Shown here piece by piece: positions 39,676 to 49,235 of a stretch of 64,000 nucleotides of DNA. This DNA comes from Sedimentisphaeraceae bacterium JB056 (GTDB taxonomy: Bacteria > Planctomycetota > Phycisphaerae > Sedimentisphaerales > Sedimentisphaeraceae), in assembly GCA_044440125.1 (NCBI GenBank), contig JBITAJ010000021.1, positions 247,948 through 311,947 on the forward strand, in the 5' to 3' direction. Position 1 is the stretch's first letter, and every line of letters begins with the position of its first letter. A program made the translations under genes and the position numbers. Under the pieces are notes generated by a model. It had not been told where the DNA came from and did no database searches. It saw only the letters and a program-made list of their open reading frames with translations.

Positions 39676-40884
39676 ATGAGAAAGGCCATTACTAACATCC
39701 ATTATTACGTTAAGGATTCAGTGGTTCATCTTACATGGCTGATGCATCATTCGATATTCGAATCTCAGCAATCCAATTGCTCATTTGAACAATTTGAAAT
39801 TTATCGTAAAGAGGTAGACTTCGTTTTCGGAGTTGACTATGATGAATTCTTTTACAATCTGGATTTCACTAAAGCAGAGCTTGTTTTCTCCGGCAGGATT
39901 GAACCGGAAAACAAGCGTAAGTTTTCTTTCGTAGACAAAAATATCGAAATAGGAAAAACCTATGGCTATTACATAAAATCAAAAAATGGTGATATATCAG
40001 GACCACTGCCATTAAAGATAAGAGACGGACATGTTTGGTGGAGCTATGAAAAAATCATGGGCTCTCTAAATGAAATCAAGCGATTATGCCCGGAAGGCAC
40101 CGAGCTGTTCAGTTGCGGCCAAACCGTAGAAGGCCGTGATATACCAGTGCTAATTGCCGGAAAAGGAGATATCACAATAGGACTTACCGGCATTGTTCAT
40201 GGCGGAGAATCCGGCCCTGAACTGATAATACCGTTTATGAAACACCTGCTGGCTGACGGTGGAAATCTTTTAAATAAATTCAAAATAATCGCGGTGCCTG
40301 CGGTTAATATTGATGCAAGAGAAAAAATGGTATCGGGGGCGCCGTGGTACATAAGGACAAATTCCAGAGGCGTTGACCTTAACAGAAATTTCCCCTGCGG
40401 ATGGGAAAATATTGATCTAAGTTACGGAGAAAACTCATCAGATCCAACAGCAACTACATACCGCGGTCCATGCCCGGCCAGCGAACCCGAAACACAAGCG
40501 TTGATCGGTCTATTCAAAAAGTATACGCCCGATCTTCTCTTCAGTTATCACTGGCTTGCCGGCATTTGTTCTTTGCCTGCCTTGGTTCCGGCTTTAGCTA
40601 AAGATGACAGCGAATACATTGAAAAAGCCGAAAAAATCATTACAACTTATGCCGAAGGGCTTGGAATTGAGTCAAACAATAACAAATATATAAAAATCTC
40701 ACCCATCAAAGGGACCTTTGGACGATGGTTGTATAAAAACTTTGGAACAATTGCATTTGATCTGGAAGGCGGCCTCGGCGAAGAATCACAAAAGTCAATG
40801 TACGATCTGGTAGATAGAAAAATGATCGAAAATTTCCAGAAAAAACATGTCAAATCTATTATAGAAGTGATCAAACAATATTAA
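39676..40884 (+). CDS. M14-family zinc carboxypeptidase-like protein
   Basis: GQTVEGR, HGGE, P.VN.D, R.N..GVDLNRNF, GP.PASEPET, SYH. Confidence 0.88.
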   Translation: MRKAITNIHYYVKDSVVHLTWLMHHSIFESQQSNCSFEQFEIYRKEVDFVFGVDYDEFFYNLDFTKAELVFSGRIEPENKRKFSFVDKNIEIGKTYGYYIKSKNGDISGPLPLKIRDGHVWWSYEKIMGSLNEIKRLCPEGTELFSCGQTVEGRDIPVLIAGKGDITIGLTGIVHGGESGPELIIPFMKHLLADGGNLLNKFKIIAVPAVNIDAREKMVSGAPWYIRTNSRGVDLNRNFPCGWENIDLSYGENSSDPTATTYRGPCPASEPETQALIGLFKKYTPDLLFSYHWLAGICSLPALVPALAKDDSEYIEKAEKIITTYAEGLGIESNNNKYIKISPIKGTFGRWLYKNFGTIAFDLEGGLGEESQKSMYDLVDRKMIENFQKKHVKSIIEVIKQY

Positions 40885-41277
40885 AATCTACTTCAATATT
40901 CAATTTGCTTATTTGGAAAAATTAGGTCTAACACGAAAATTTAATGAAGGTCTTAAAATCTAATTATGTTGTACTTACATTGGTATCGTAATGTTTTGTA
41001 TTTATCACCTTAAGGTAAGATGAAAGAGATTGTGTAAATGCCGAGATTCCTTGTGCTCAGAAAGAGACTAAAGCTACCTGCTTTAAGGCCGATACTATAA
41101 ATATAACAGACAAATCCAGATCAATGAAAACTAATTAGTTTTTTTTAACATTCTTGACAAAACATAAATCATGGCTTAACCTCTTTAATGATTCAACTTG
41201 ACAGCTTCTTAGTTTAAGACTGATGATTAATAGAGGTTAAAAAAATGCAGAATATGATATTAAAGAGATATAGTTAA

Positions 41278-41883
41278 ATGATCATGTATTATTGTGATAT
41301 TTTGGGAACCATTGCTTTCGCTATTACAGGAGCTTTAGTAGCGATGCGTAAAAAAATGGATTTATTTGGAGTTCTGGTTTTAGCTACAGTTACATCAATC
41401 GGTGGAGGCACTTTCAGAGATATGATGCTTGGGATTAGACCTGTTTTTTGGGTCAGTAACTATTCGTACCTCATAGCTATTTTATTTACAACTATTGTAG
41501 TTTTTTTCTCCGTTAAGAAAAATATTGGCTCAAAGATGTTGTTACAAACGGCAGACGCTTTTGGCTTAGCTATATTTACGATTATTGGAGTTAGCAAGAC
41601 ATTAAGTTGTGAATATTCAAGCTTAGTTGCAATTGTAATGGGCTGCGTCACAGGAATTCTAGGTGGCATGATTCGAGACATTCTAACTGGGAGAATACCA
41701 TTAGTTTTAAGGAAAGAGATTTATGCTACTGCAACAATTGCTGGTGGGCTTGTTTTTGTTGTAGCCAATTATTTTGGTATATCAGAATTTGCAAATATAG
41801 TTACCTCTACTATTGTTGTATTTGTTATTCGAATTATAGCAATCATATATGATTTGTCACTTCCTATTATACAAGTAAGATAG
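41278..41883 (+). CDS. Trimeric intracellular cation channel / UPF0126 (YadS-like) membrane protein
   Basis: GTIAFAITG, DLFG, GGGTFRD, DAFGL, GGMIRD, EIYA. Confidence 0.92.
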   Translation: MIMYYCDILGTIAFAITGALVAMRKKMDLFGVLVLATVTSIGGGTFRDMMLGIRPVFWVSNYSYLIAILFTTIVVFFSVKKNIGSKMLLQTADAFGLAIFTIIGVSKTLSCEYSSLVAIVMGCVTGILGGMIRDILTGRIPLVLRKEIYATATIAGGLVFVVANYFGISEFANIVTSTIVVFVIRIIAIIYDLSLPIIQVR

Positions 41884-41966
41884 ATCGGGTTTCGTTGACC
41901 TATTTTTTGTCCCGTAGGGTGCAAAACACTACAGCCATAAATATCTAAAAAGATATCATTTACAAT

Positions 41967-42122
41967 CCTTACGGTTGGAATTCCTTACAATAAGCACCGA
42001 CTTCTGTATTATTTACTGGCTATGAAACAGAAATTTCTAATCGCAATAGCGACCCTTATTGCCTATTGTGTCAACAAGACACTCTTCTTAGAGTTCAGTT
42101 AGAAGTACTTACTGAAGAACAA
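41967..42122 (+). pseudogene. Second, more decayed copy of the transposase-like 5' remnant
   Basis: Aligns to 30367-30540 at offset 11600; 48-bp identical core; deletion after the CVNK codons. Confidence 0.55.
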
Positions 42123-42239
42123 CTGACGCATTTTCTTCATTGAGATTTACGGCAAACCTGTTGCAAACCAGCTTCTCTTACTGAAAAGTTTCATATTTCA
42201 CACCAAATATGAAAGGAATGAAATTATGATTAAAGAAGC

Positions 42240-42491
42240 ATGAGTACAAACAACTGGGTTCTGGAGCGGGACAAGTTCCTCAATAAGCAGCAGGCAAGCA
42301 GGCTTCTAAGTGTAGTAACACATAGAGCAAAGTCCAACGCAAGCAAGACAGCAACAAGAGACAGATTCATCATTCATCTTGCGTTAAGTACCGGGCTTAG
42401 AGTCATAGAGATATCACAGCTCCACTGCAGTGATTTACTCTTTAATGAGACACAGACATTTGCAGAGATGATGGAAGAGGCGAGAATGTAA
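42240..42491 (+). pseudogene. Truncated tyrosine recombinase/integrase
   Basis: RDRFIIHLALSTGLRVIEISQL is the box I catalytic-Arg motif; the ORF ends at 83 aa without HxxR or the catalytic Tyr; adjacent to the tRNA att site. Confidence 0.8.
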
Positions 42492-42583
42492 TTGACACTA
42501 TTTTGACACTTTGGGGTGTTTTAAAGCAACAGTATAAAAAGAAAAAGCCTTGTAAGCTATTAACCTACAAGGCTTTAACGGAG

Positions 42584-42657
42584 CGAGGCCGAAGGGACTC
42601 GAACCCTCAACCTTCGGATCGACAGTCCGATGCTCTAACCAATTGAGCTACGGCCCC
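42584..42657 (-). tRNA. tRNA-Asp (GTC), no encoded CCA
   Basis: GGGGCCG TA GCTC AATTGGTTA GAGC A TCGGA CT-GTC-GA TCCGA AGGTT GAGGG TTCGAGT CCCTT CGGCCTC G folds as a full cloverleaf. Confidence 0.96.
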
Positions 42658-42763
42658 GTATCGAAGTTTCGATATAATATTAAATATTCCTGACAAGTCA
42701 ATCGATATTTACAGAAAAACATAAATTATTAGAAATTTTTCAACAATGCCCCTCTTTTCATTA

Positions 42764-43669
42764 TCAATCCATTTCCGGCACCAGTGAATTCCTTGCCCGA
42801 TACTCAGTCGGTGTCATTCCGGCATACTTGCGAAATAGTTTTGAAAAATAATACCGATCAGATACCCCAACTTTATCCGCTATCCTGCCTATCGTGAAAT
42901 TTGATTGTCTGAGCAATGTACATGCCGTCTTCATCTTAACGTCAATCACATAATTACCCGGAGTTTTTCCGGTGTACTCACTGAAAAGCCGAAACAGTTT
43001 GGAACGGCAACAACCCGCATGACGTGACAACTCAGAAATATCAATCCGCCTGCCATCGTTTCTTTTTATATAATCAATCGCCAGTTTAACGCTTAAAGGC
43101 ATAGCAACAAAACTCCTGCCCGTATTCTTTCTATGATCAACCAGCTCAGACATCAAAACAGACGCTAACTGCCTCGCCACCAATTCCTCAACAGGCCTCT
43201 CAGAAAATAAATCCACAATATAGCTAACAAGATTCTTCAAACGTCTGCCCTCTGTCCAGCTCCCCTGATATACACCCTCAAACCCATCAATATAAACATC
43301 TTCGCGAAGCCTATACTGAAGCAAATCACTTCTCTCTGCATGAAAGACATCGTATTGAAAGTCATTACCCCGCTTAAATGCCGGTATCAAATGAATGCCT
43401 GCTACCAGAAAAGGCCTTTTACTATCCGGCCTATAGGCTATCGAATGATTCCAAGGCAGTAAAAGAAAAGTATCAGTATCAAAAATAAACTTTCTGCCGT
43501 TAGCAATAACCTGCCCAGTCCCATTCTCACACCACAAGAGCATTCTGCTTTGAACCTTGTCAAATTCAATTACTTTTCCTGCAGTAAATGAAGCATAGTT
43601 TGCATATGCAATTATACCATCTGGTAAAACATCAAAGTCATTCATAATTACACCCTTAATACAAAACAA
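42764..43669 (-). CDS. AraC-family transcriptional regulator
   Basis: C-terminal double HTH: IADKVGVSDRYYFSKLFRKYAGMTPTEYR. Confidence 0.92.
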   Translation of the reverse strand: MFCIKGVIMNDFDVLPDGIIAYANYASFTAGKVIEFDKVQSRMLLWCENGTGQVIANGRKFIFDTDTFLLLPWNHSIAYRPDSKRPFLVAGIHLIPAFKRGNDFQYDVFHAERSDLLQYRLREDVYIDGFEGVYQGSWTEGRRLKNLVSYIVDLFSERPVEELVARQLASVLMSELVDHRKNTGRSFVAMPLSVKLAIDYIKRNDGRRIDISELSRHAGCCRSKLFRLFSEYTGKTPGNYVIDVKMKTACTLLRQSNFTIGRIADKVGVSDRYYFSKLFRKYAGMTPTEYRARNSLVPEMD

Positions 43670-43773
43670 GATACACTATTTTACAAATAAACCTACTATA
43701 ATCCATTGATAAAACACTTATTATACACTATTTTAGGGCAATAAATATTTTATCCAAGAAACAGGAACGTAAT

Positions 43774-44844
43774 ATGAACTCAAAAAAACGTGTATTGACA
43801 ACATTTGACAGACAAGAACCAGACCGCGTACCAATAAACTATTTTGCCAATCCCGATATTGATTTGCGGCTCAAGAAACATTTCAACATCAACCCTAATG
43901 ATGATGAAAAACTGCGAGAGGCACTCAACGTAGATTTTCGCTGTATAGAACCAATACTCGCAGCATCCAATAAACATCAGGATATACCGGAAAGAAACGT
44001 CAAAGTTGACCATTGGGGCATTCACCGCCGATGGGTCGAACATGACAGCGGCGGATACTGGGATTATTGCGACTTCCCCCTTCAAAATGCCTCAATTGAG
44101 GAAGTAGAAAAATGGCCAATGCCTTCACCTGATGATTACAACTACGACAACATTATTCCGCTATGTGAGCAATACAAGGACAAAGCCATCTGTATCGGCA
44201 ACCCCGGACTTGCCTGCATAATCAATACCGCCGGTTTCTTTCGTGGAATGACTCAAGTTTTTATAGACCTTGCAACAGAAAACCCTGCGTGCATGTTACT
44301 GATAGATCGTTTTCTGGACATACAATTCGAAACCACACTGCGAACACTTGAAAAATCGAACGGCAAGATAGATATCATGTGGGTAGGCGAAGACCTCGGC
44401 ACACAGAACTCGCCGCTAATAAGTATGGATATGCTCAGAAGGCTCATACTGCCCCGCCAGAAACGCTTTTTCGACCTCGCCAAAGATTACGACCTGCCCG
44501 TAATGATGCATAATTGCGGCTCAAGCAGTTGGGCTTTTGATGAGTATATTAAATTAGGACTAACCGCTGCCGACACACTGCAACCCGAAGCTGCAAACAC
44601 ATCGCCCGAATACCTCAAAAAGACATTCGGAGACCGCCTTGCCTTCCACGGCTGCATAAGCACCGCAGGCCCCATCGCCTACGGAACAGTTGACGACACA
44701 ATACAATATTGCAGGGAAACTCTCAACATAATGATGCCAGGCGGAGGATACTGCTTTGCACCAACACACTCAATACAAGATAACAGCCCTACAGAAAATG
44801 TTTTGACGATGTACGAAACAGCAATGAAATACGGTCGATATTAA
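43774..44844 (+). CDS. Uroporphyrinogen decarboxylase (URO-D)/MtaA-like family protein
   Basis: MNSKKRV...PDRVP, GEDLGTQ, HNCG, GGGYCFAPTHSIQ...P.EN. Confidence 0.88.
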   Translation: MNSKKRVLTTFDRQEPDRVPINYFANPDIDLRLKKHFNINPNDDEKLREALNVDFRCIEPILAASNKHQDIPERNVKVDHWGIHRRWVEHDSGGYWDYCDFPLQNASIEEVEKWPMPSPDDYNYDNIIPLCEQYKDKAICIGNPGLACIINTAGFFRGMTQVFIDLATENPACMLLIDRFLDIQFETTLRTLEKSNGKIDIMWVGEDLGTQNSPLISMDMLRRLILPRQKRFFDLAKDYDLPVMMHNCGSSSWAFDEYIKLGLTAADTLQPEAANTSPEYLKKTFGDRLAFHGCISTAGPIAYGTVDDTIQYCRETLNIMMPGGGYCFAPTHSIQDNSPTENVLTMYETAMKYGRY

Positions 44845-44891
44845 CCAAACACCAACTGTCTGTAATATAAAAGCTCTTACCAATAAAAACC

Positions 44892-45767
44892 TTGAAAAAA
44901 ACGCCAAAACGGTTAAAATTCAGGCATATGTCTGAAGAATTTGATCTCAAGCGTGCAGTGGAACAATTATTGGAACTGGACACCTTTTTCGCCGATGATC
45001 TCGCCGTTAAGGGCCCAGATCTTGATATAATTGACAATTCAGCTTCTCAAACGGTTAACAACACCACTGAGATACCGATAAAAACCATAACGCCGGCTGA
45101 AACTGCAAAAAAAGAGCTGTCGTCCAGCTCAAATACAGGACGAATGAATATTACAGGTGAAAATATGACCAAAGAACAGGCACTTGAACAGGTAGCCCAA
45201 CAAATAAAATCCTGCACTGCTTGTCAAATAAGCGGCACAAGGCAAAACCCTGTACCTGGTGAAGGTGACCCACATGCTGAATTGGTGTTTGTAGGTGAAG
45301 CTCCGGGAGCCGATGAGGACAGAACCGGTCGCCCCTTCGTAGGACGAGCAGGACAATTGCTTACTAAAATTATTGCAGCAATGGGTCTTGAAAGAGAACA
45401 GGTATATATCTGTAATACTCTCAAGTGCCGTCCTCCTGAAAACAGGGACCCTCTGGCGGGCGAAAAACAAGCTTGCAAACATTTTCTCCAGACTCAGCTT
45501 AGCATAATCAAGCCCAAAGTCATAGTAGCACTTGGCTCACATGCCGCACGTGAACTGCTTGAAACCGATCAGGCGATAGGCAAACTGCGAGGCAGATTCC
45601 ATGACTATAAACCGACCGAGGACAGCGAGCCTATCAAGCTGATGCCAACGTATCATCCTGCATACTTATTGCGAAATTACAGCCCTGACAACAGAAAAAG
45701 GGTATGGGAAGATATGCAGAAGGTTATGAATCTTCTTGGGCTCAAATCACCATCTCCTCGAAAATAA
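44892..45767 (+). CDS. udg: Uracil-DNA glycosylase, family 4
   Basis: CTAC Fe-S motif, VGEAPG..ED..GRPFVGRAG, KCRPP.NR, TYHPA; ATG start may be 44928. Confidence 0.93.
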   Translation: MKKTPKRLKFRHMSEEFDLKRAVEQLLELDTFFADDLAVKGPDLDIIDNSASQTVNNTTEIPIKTITPAETAKKELSSSSNTGRMNITGENMTKEQALEQVAQQIKSCTACQISGTRQNPVPGEGDPHAELVFVGEAPGADEDRTGRPFVGRAGQLLTKIIAAMGLEREQVYICNTLKCRPPENRDPLAGEKQACKHFLQTQLSIIKPKVIVALGSHAARELLETDQAIGKLRGRFHDYKPTEDSEPIKLMPTYHPAYLLRNYSPDNRKRVWEDMQKVMNLLGLKSPSPRK

Positions 45768-45839
45768 CCTTAAATTAGTTAAGTATACTGAAATTTTACG
45801 AGAAGTTTAGTTCAACATAGAAAATGGAGAAACGTTAAA

Positions 45840-46448
45840 ATGGAAAACAAAGAGAAGAAAAATTCGCTGATGAAATTATGGCCGTTGTGGCTGATACTAA
45901 TCGCTATCACTGCTATTGTATTGGTAAACAAAAACGGCTCAGATGTAAGTCAAATGACCAACCAGATAGAAGACAAAACAGAGTTGTCAGGGAAAGCATT
46001 ATCGCTTGTGCCTTCTGATCAATATTTCCTACCCAACTGGTTTGGTAAGAAAAGCCCTGATTTTTCTGTAACAACTATAGATGGCGATACTATAACACTA
46101 AGTTCGCTTACAGGAAAACAGGTGATGTTTGTTTTCTGGGCAACCTGGTGTCCTCCATGCCGTCGGGAAATACCTCATATTATCGAACTACGAAACGAAA
46201 TAAGCAGTGATAAGCTTGAGATAATAGGTTTTTCTTCAGAAGACATTGGTACTGTAAAAAACTTCGTATCAAAATCAGAAATAAACTACAATATAGCAGT
46301 TGGCTCTCCTCAGAAGTTGCCTGAACCATTCAACAGGGTCACCGCGCTTCCAACCATTTTCTTCATTGACAGTGAAGGAAAATTCAAGCTTGCTGTTGAA
46401 GGCGGAATATCACTGGAGCAGATGAAGGGGATCATTGACGCTCAGTAA
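45840..46448 (+). CDS. TlpA-family thiol:disulfide oxidoreductase
   Basis: N-terminal TM anchor; FWATWCPPC. Confidence 0.9.
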   Translation: MENKEKKNSLMKLWPLWLILIAITAIVLVNKNGSDVSQMTNQIEDKTELSGKALSLVPSDQYFLPNWFGKKSPDFSVTTIDGDTITLSSLTGKQVMFVFWATWCPPCRREIPHIIELRNEISSDKLEIIGFSSEDIGTVKNFVSKSEINYNIAVGSPQKLPEPFNRVTALPTIFFIDSEGKFKLAVEGGISLEQMKGIIDAQ

Positions 46449-46495
46449 TTTCAGCGATATTCTTTAAGACATTACTATTTGAACAGGAATAAGCA

Positions 46496-47530
46496 TTGAC
46501 TGATAAAGACGTTAAAATTTTAGCAATAGAGACAAGTTGTGATGAAACAGCGGCCTCTGTTGTTTGCAATGGTACACAAATTTTATCTTCCGTAGTAGCA
46601 TCGCAAATTGATATACACCAGAAATTTGGTGGCGTAGTACCCGAGATCGCCTCTCGTGCTCATATAGAAAAAATATACCACGTTGTAGAAAAAGCACTTG
46701 ATGACAGTGATCTTTCTATGAATGATATAGATGCGATAGCCGTTGCCAATCAGCCTGGACTTGTAATCTCACTGATAGTTGGTGTAACTGCCGCTAAGAC
46801 ACTGGCTATGATGTGGAACAAACCTTTGATTGCAATTAATCATGTACATGCCCATTTGCAATCGGCATTATTAGAAGAAGAAAAAGATATAAAATTGCCC
46901 GCGGTAGCGTTGATTGTCTCTGGTGGACACACCAATATATACAGTTGCCGTTCAGCTCTTGATCTTGATCTGATGGGAACAACAATCGATGATGCTGCCG
47001 GTGAAGCTTTTGATAAAGTTGCCCAAATTTTGGGGCTTTCGTATCCTGGGGGGCCAAGCATAGAGAAAATCGCTAAAGAAGGCAATCCCAAGGCAATAAG
47101 ATTTCCAAGGTCAATGCTCAACAAAGAATCGTTGGATTTCTCGTTCAGCGGCATAAAGACCGCTGTTCTGTACCACTGTAACGGTCAGGACATGAAAGGC
47201 AAGAGTCTTGTATCCGATATGAGCAGAAAAGAGATAGCAGACATCGCTGCATCTTTTCAGCAGGCTGTAGTTGAGGTACTTGTCAAGAAAACGATGCTTG
47301 CATCAAAGAAAATTCGAGCCAAAACAATCATTATGGGCGGCGGCGTAGCGGCAAGCACCGCATTGCGTGAGCAGATGCAGGATGTTTGTGACCAGCGAAG
47401 ACTCAAGCTGATGGTAGCACCAAGAAAGTACTGTACTGACAATGCCGTCATGATAGCTTCTCTGGCATACCACAAGTATAAGGCCGGAATGTTCGCCGAT
47501 CTCTCATTGGAAGCCAAATCAAGTTCTTAA
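46496..47530 (+). CDS. tsaD: tRNA N6-adenosine threonylcarbamoyltransferase
   Basis: ILAIETSCDET, GGVVPEIASRAH, HVHAH, VSGGHT, DDAAGEAFDK, FSFSGIKT, CTDNA. Confidence 0.97.
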   Translation: MTDKDVKILAIETSCDETAASVVCNGTQILSSVVASQIDIHQKFGGVVPEIASRAHIEKIYHVVEKALDDSDLSMNDIDAIAVANQPGLVISLIVGVTAAKTLAMMWNKPLIAINHVHAHLQSALLEEEKDIKLPAVALIVSGGHTNIYSCRSALDLDLMGTTIDDAAGEAFDKVAQILGLSYPGGPSIEKIAKEGNPKAIRFPRSMLNKESLDFSFSGIKTAVLYHCNGQDMKGKSLVSDMSRKEIADIAASFQQAVVEVLVKKTMLASKKIRAKTIIMGGGVAASTALREQMQDVCDQRRLKLMVAPRKYCTDNAVMIASLAYHKYKAGMFADLSLEAKSSS

Positions 47531-47552
47531 ATTTTAATCATGGGAGACCTTA

Positions 47553-48323
47553 ATGGATGAAGGAAAACTTAAAGAACTGCTTAACAATGTCAAAAATGGC
47601 AGACTTGAAATAGAAGAGGCTGTTAACTCTCTTAGAAAACTGCCTTTTGAAGACATAGGGTTTGCGCGTATAGATCACCACCGTCATATCCGCTGTGGAT
47701 TCCCGGAAGTAATATATTGCCCAGGCAAAGACACCGACCATATCGTTAAGATATTCCAGAAACTTGCAGAAACAGGCCACAACGTGCTTGCTACAAGAGC
47801 GGAGGAGCATATATATGAAGCAATAAAAAATAGTGGAATTGCAGACGCTGAATATGAAAAGCTGGGCCGGACAATATCACTCAGACAGCAGATGCCCAAA
47901 AATAAGCCAGAAGGCTATATAACAGTGGTCACAGCAGGAACCGCTGATATACCGGTAGCTATGGAAGCAAAAGTCACTGCTGAACTGTGCGGACAAAACG
48001 TAGAATTCATTTGCGATGTAGGAGTTGCCGGTCTTCACAGAATAGTTGACAAAATAGAGCTTCTGCAAAAAAGCAACGTAGTCATAGCCGTTGCCGGAAT
48101 GGAAGGAGCACTGGTCAGTGTTGTCGGCGGACTGGTATCCTGCCCTGTCATCGCTGTACCCACAAGTATTGGTTATGGGGCCAGCTTTGGAGGCGTGGCC
48201 GCCCTTCTTGCAATGCTCAATTCCTGTGCCAGCGGCGTAACTGTCGTCAATATTGACAATGGATTCTCCGCCGGATATACTGCCGCAATAATAAATTCGA
48301 GGACAAGCAAATGGGACAAATAG
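47553..48323 (+). CDS. larB: Nickel-pincer cofactor biosynthesis carboxylase LarB
   Basis: R.GFPEVIY, TAGTADIPVA.EA, DVGVAGLHR, AGMEGAL, PTSIGYG, VVNIDNGF. Confidence 0.92.
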   Translation: MDEGKLKELLNNVKNGRLEIEEAVNSLRKLPFEDIGFARIDHHRHIRCGFPEVIYCPGKDTDHIVKIFQKLAETGHNVLATRAEEHIYEAIKNSGIADAEYEKLGRTISLRQQMPKNKPEGYITVVTAGTADIPVAMEAKVTAELCGQNVEFICDVGVAGLHRIVDKIELLQKSNVVIAVAGMEGALVSVVGGLVSCPVIAVPTSIGYGASFGGVAALLAMLNSCASGVTVVNIDNGFSAGYTAAIINSRTSKWDK

Positions 48324-49210
48324 ACGACCTTACATTTCTTAAACCCCGAGAAACAGAATCATACAAGAACAATTTTGGGAGAGTCCTGATAATTGCCGGA
48401 AGTATCGGCATGAGTGGCGCAGCCGCCTTGACAGCTAAAGCTGCCTTAAGGAGTGGTGCAGGACTCGTAGAGCTGCTATGCCCAGATTCTGTATGGCCTA
48501 TTATCGCCTCTGCTGAACCATGTTTAATGTGCAATCCGGTAGCAGATGATCACAATGGTAAAATATCAGAGGACGCGATCGATTTTATTCTTGAACGAGT
48601 ACAGGAGGCCGATGTAGTAGCAATAGGACCAGGACTTGGCAAATCAGAACAGCTCAAAGAACTAATATGCCGCCTGATAACCTGCGAATCACTGCCGCTG
48701 ATAATAGACGCTGATGGTTTGAATAACCTTTCTCAGATACCTGACTGGCACAACATGCTTAGCGCTGATCTCATTGTAACACCGCATCCAGGTGAAATGA
48801 GAAGACTATGTAATTCAATCAGCGATTTTGATGCCGCGACAGAAAGAGAGGAACTTGCGATAGACTTCTCAAACACTACTGGTGTCCTGACTGTCCTCAA
48901 AGGCAGCGGTACCGTAGTTGCCTGCGGCGATGACTACTACATAAACGATACCGGCAATCCGGGAATGGCAACCGCCGGCAGCGGGGACGTGCTAACAGGA
49001 ATACTGGCGGCAATCTTTGCCCAGGTCATTCTCGCTGATTCTCAAATATCACATCAGCAAAGTGCCTTTAAAGCAGCAACAATGGCCGTTTACATACACG
49101 GCCTTGCCGGAGACATAGCATGTGATAAAATTGGAGAGATCTCATTAACAGCCACTGACATTATCGACAATCTTCCTGACGCTTTCAAATCATGCTCAAT
49201 GACAAACTGA
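48311..49210 (+). CDS. nnrD: ADP-dependent NAD(P)H-hydrate dehydratase
   Basis: K..FGRVLIIAGS, GAG, IGPGLG, DADGLN, TPHPGE, LKG, GNPGMATAGSGDVLTG. Confidence 0.93.
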   Translation: MGQIDDLTFLKPRETESYKNNFGRVLIIAGSIGMSGAAALTAKAALRSGAGLVELLCPDSVWPIIASAEPCLMCNPVADDHNGKISEDAIDFILERVQEADVVAIGPGLGKSEQLKELICRLITCESLPLIIDADGLNNLSQIPDWHNMLSADLIVTPHPGEMRRLCNSISDFDAATEREELAIDFSNTTGVLTVLKGSGTVVACGDDYYINDTGNPGMATAGSGDVLTGILAAIFAQVILADSQISHQQSAFKAATMAVYIHGLAGDIACDKIGEISLTATDIIDNLPDAFKSCSMTN

Positions 49211-49235
49211 CGAACAATAAAAGGAACATGATATT

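Larger units (their letters stand above)
11902..42536. mobile_element. Degraded genomic island integrated at tRNA-Asp (~30.7 kb)
   Basis: Flanked by 94-bp direct repeats containing the tRNA 3' end; tyrosine recombinase fragment next to the tRNA; cargo is entirely accessory. Confidence 0.8.

Noticed and set aside
41015..41130. Possible glycine riboswitch upstream of the UPF0126 gene (GAAAGAGA...GCCGA twice)
   Set aside because: The conserved GAAG after CCG and the downstream CTCAGG elements are missing; an Rfam covariance search would be needed and I cannot support it by eye.
41177..41240. Imperfect inverted repeat TTAACCTCT...AGAGGTTAA upstream of the TRIC gene
   Set aside because: Single occurrence with a long loop and no supporting context, so no function can be assigned.
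11902..42536. Prophage or ICE
   Set aside because: No structural, replication, relaxase or conjugation genes between the att repeats.
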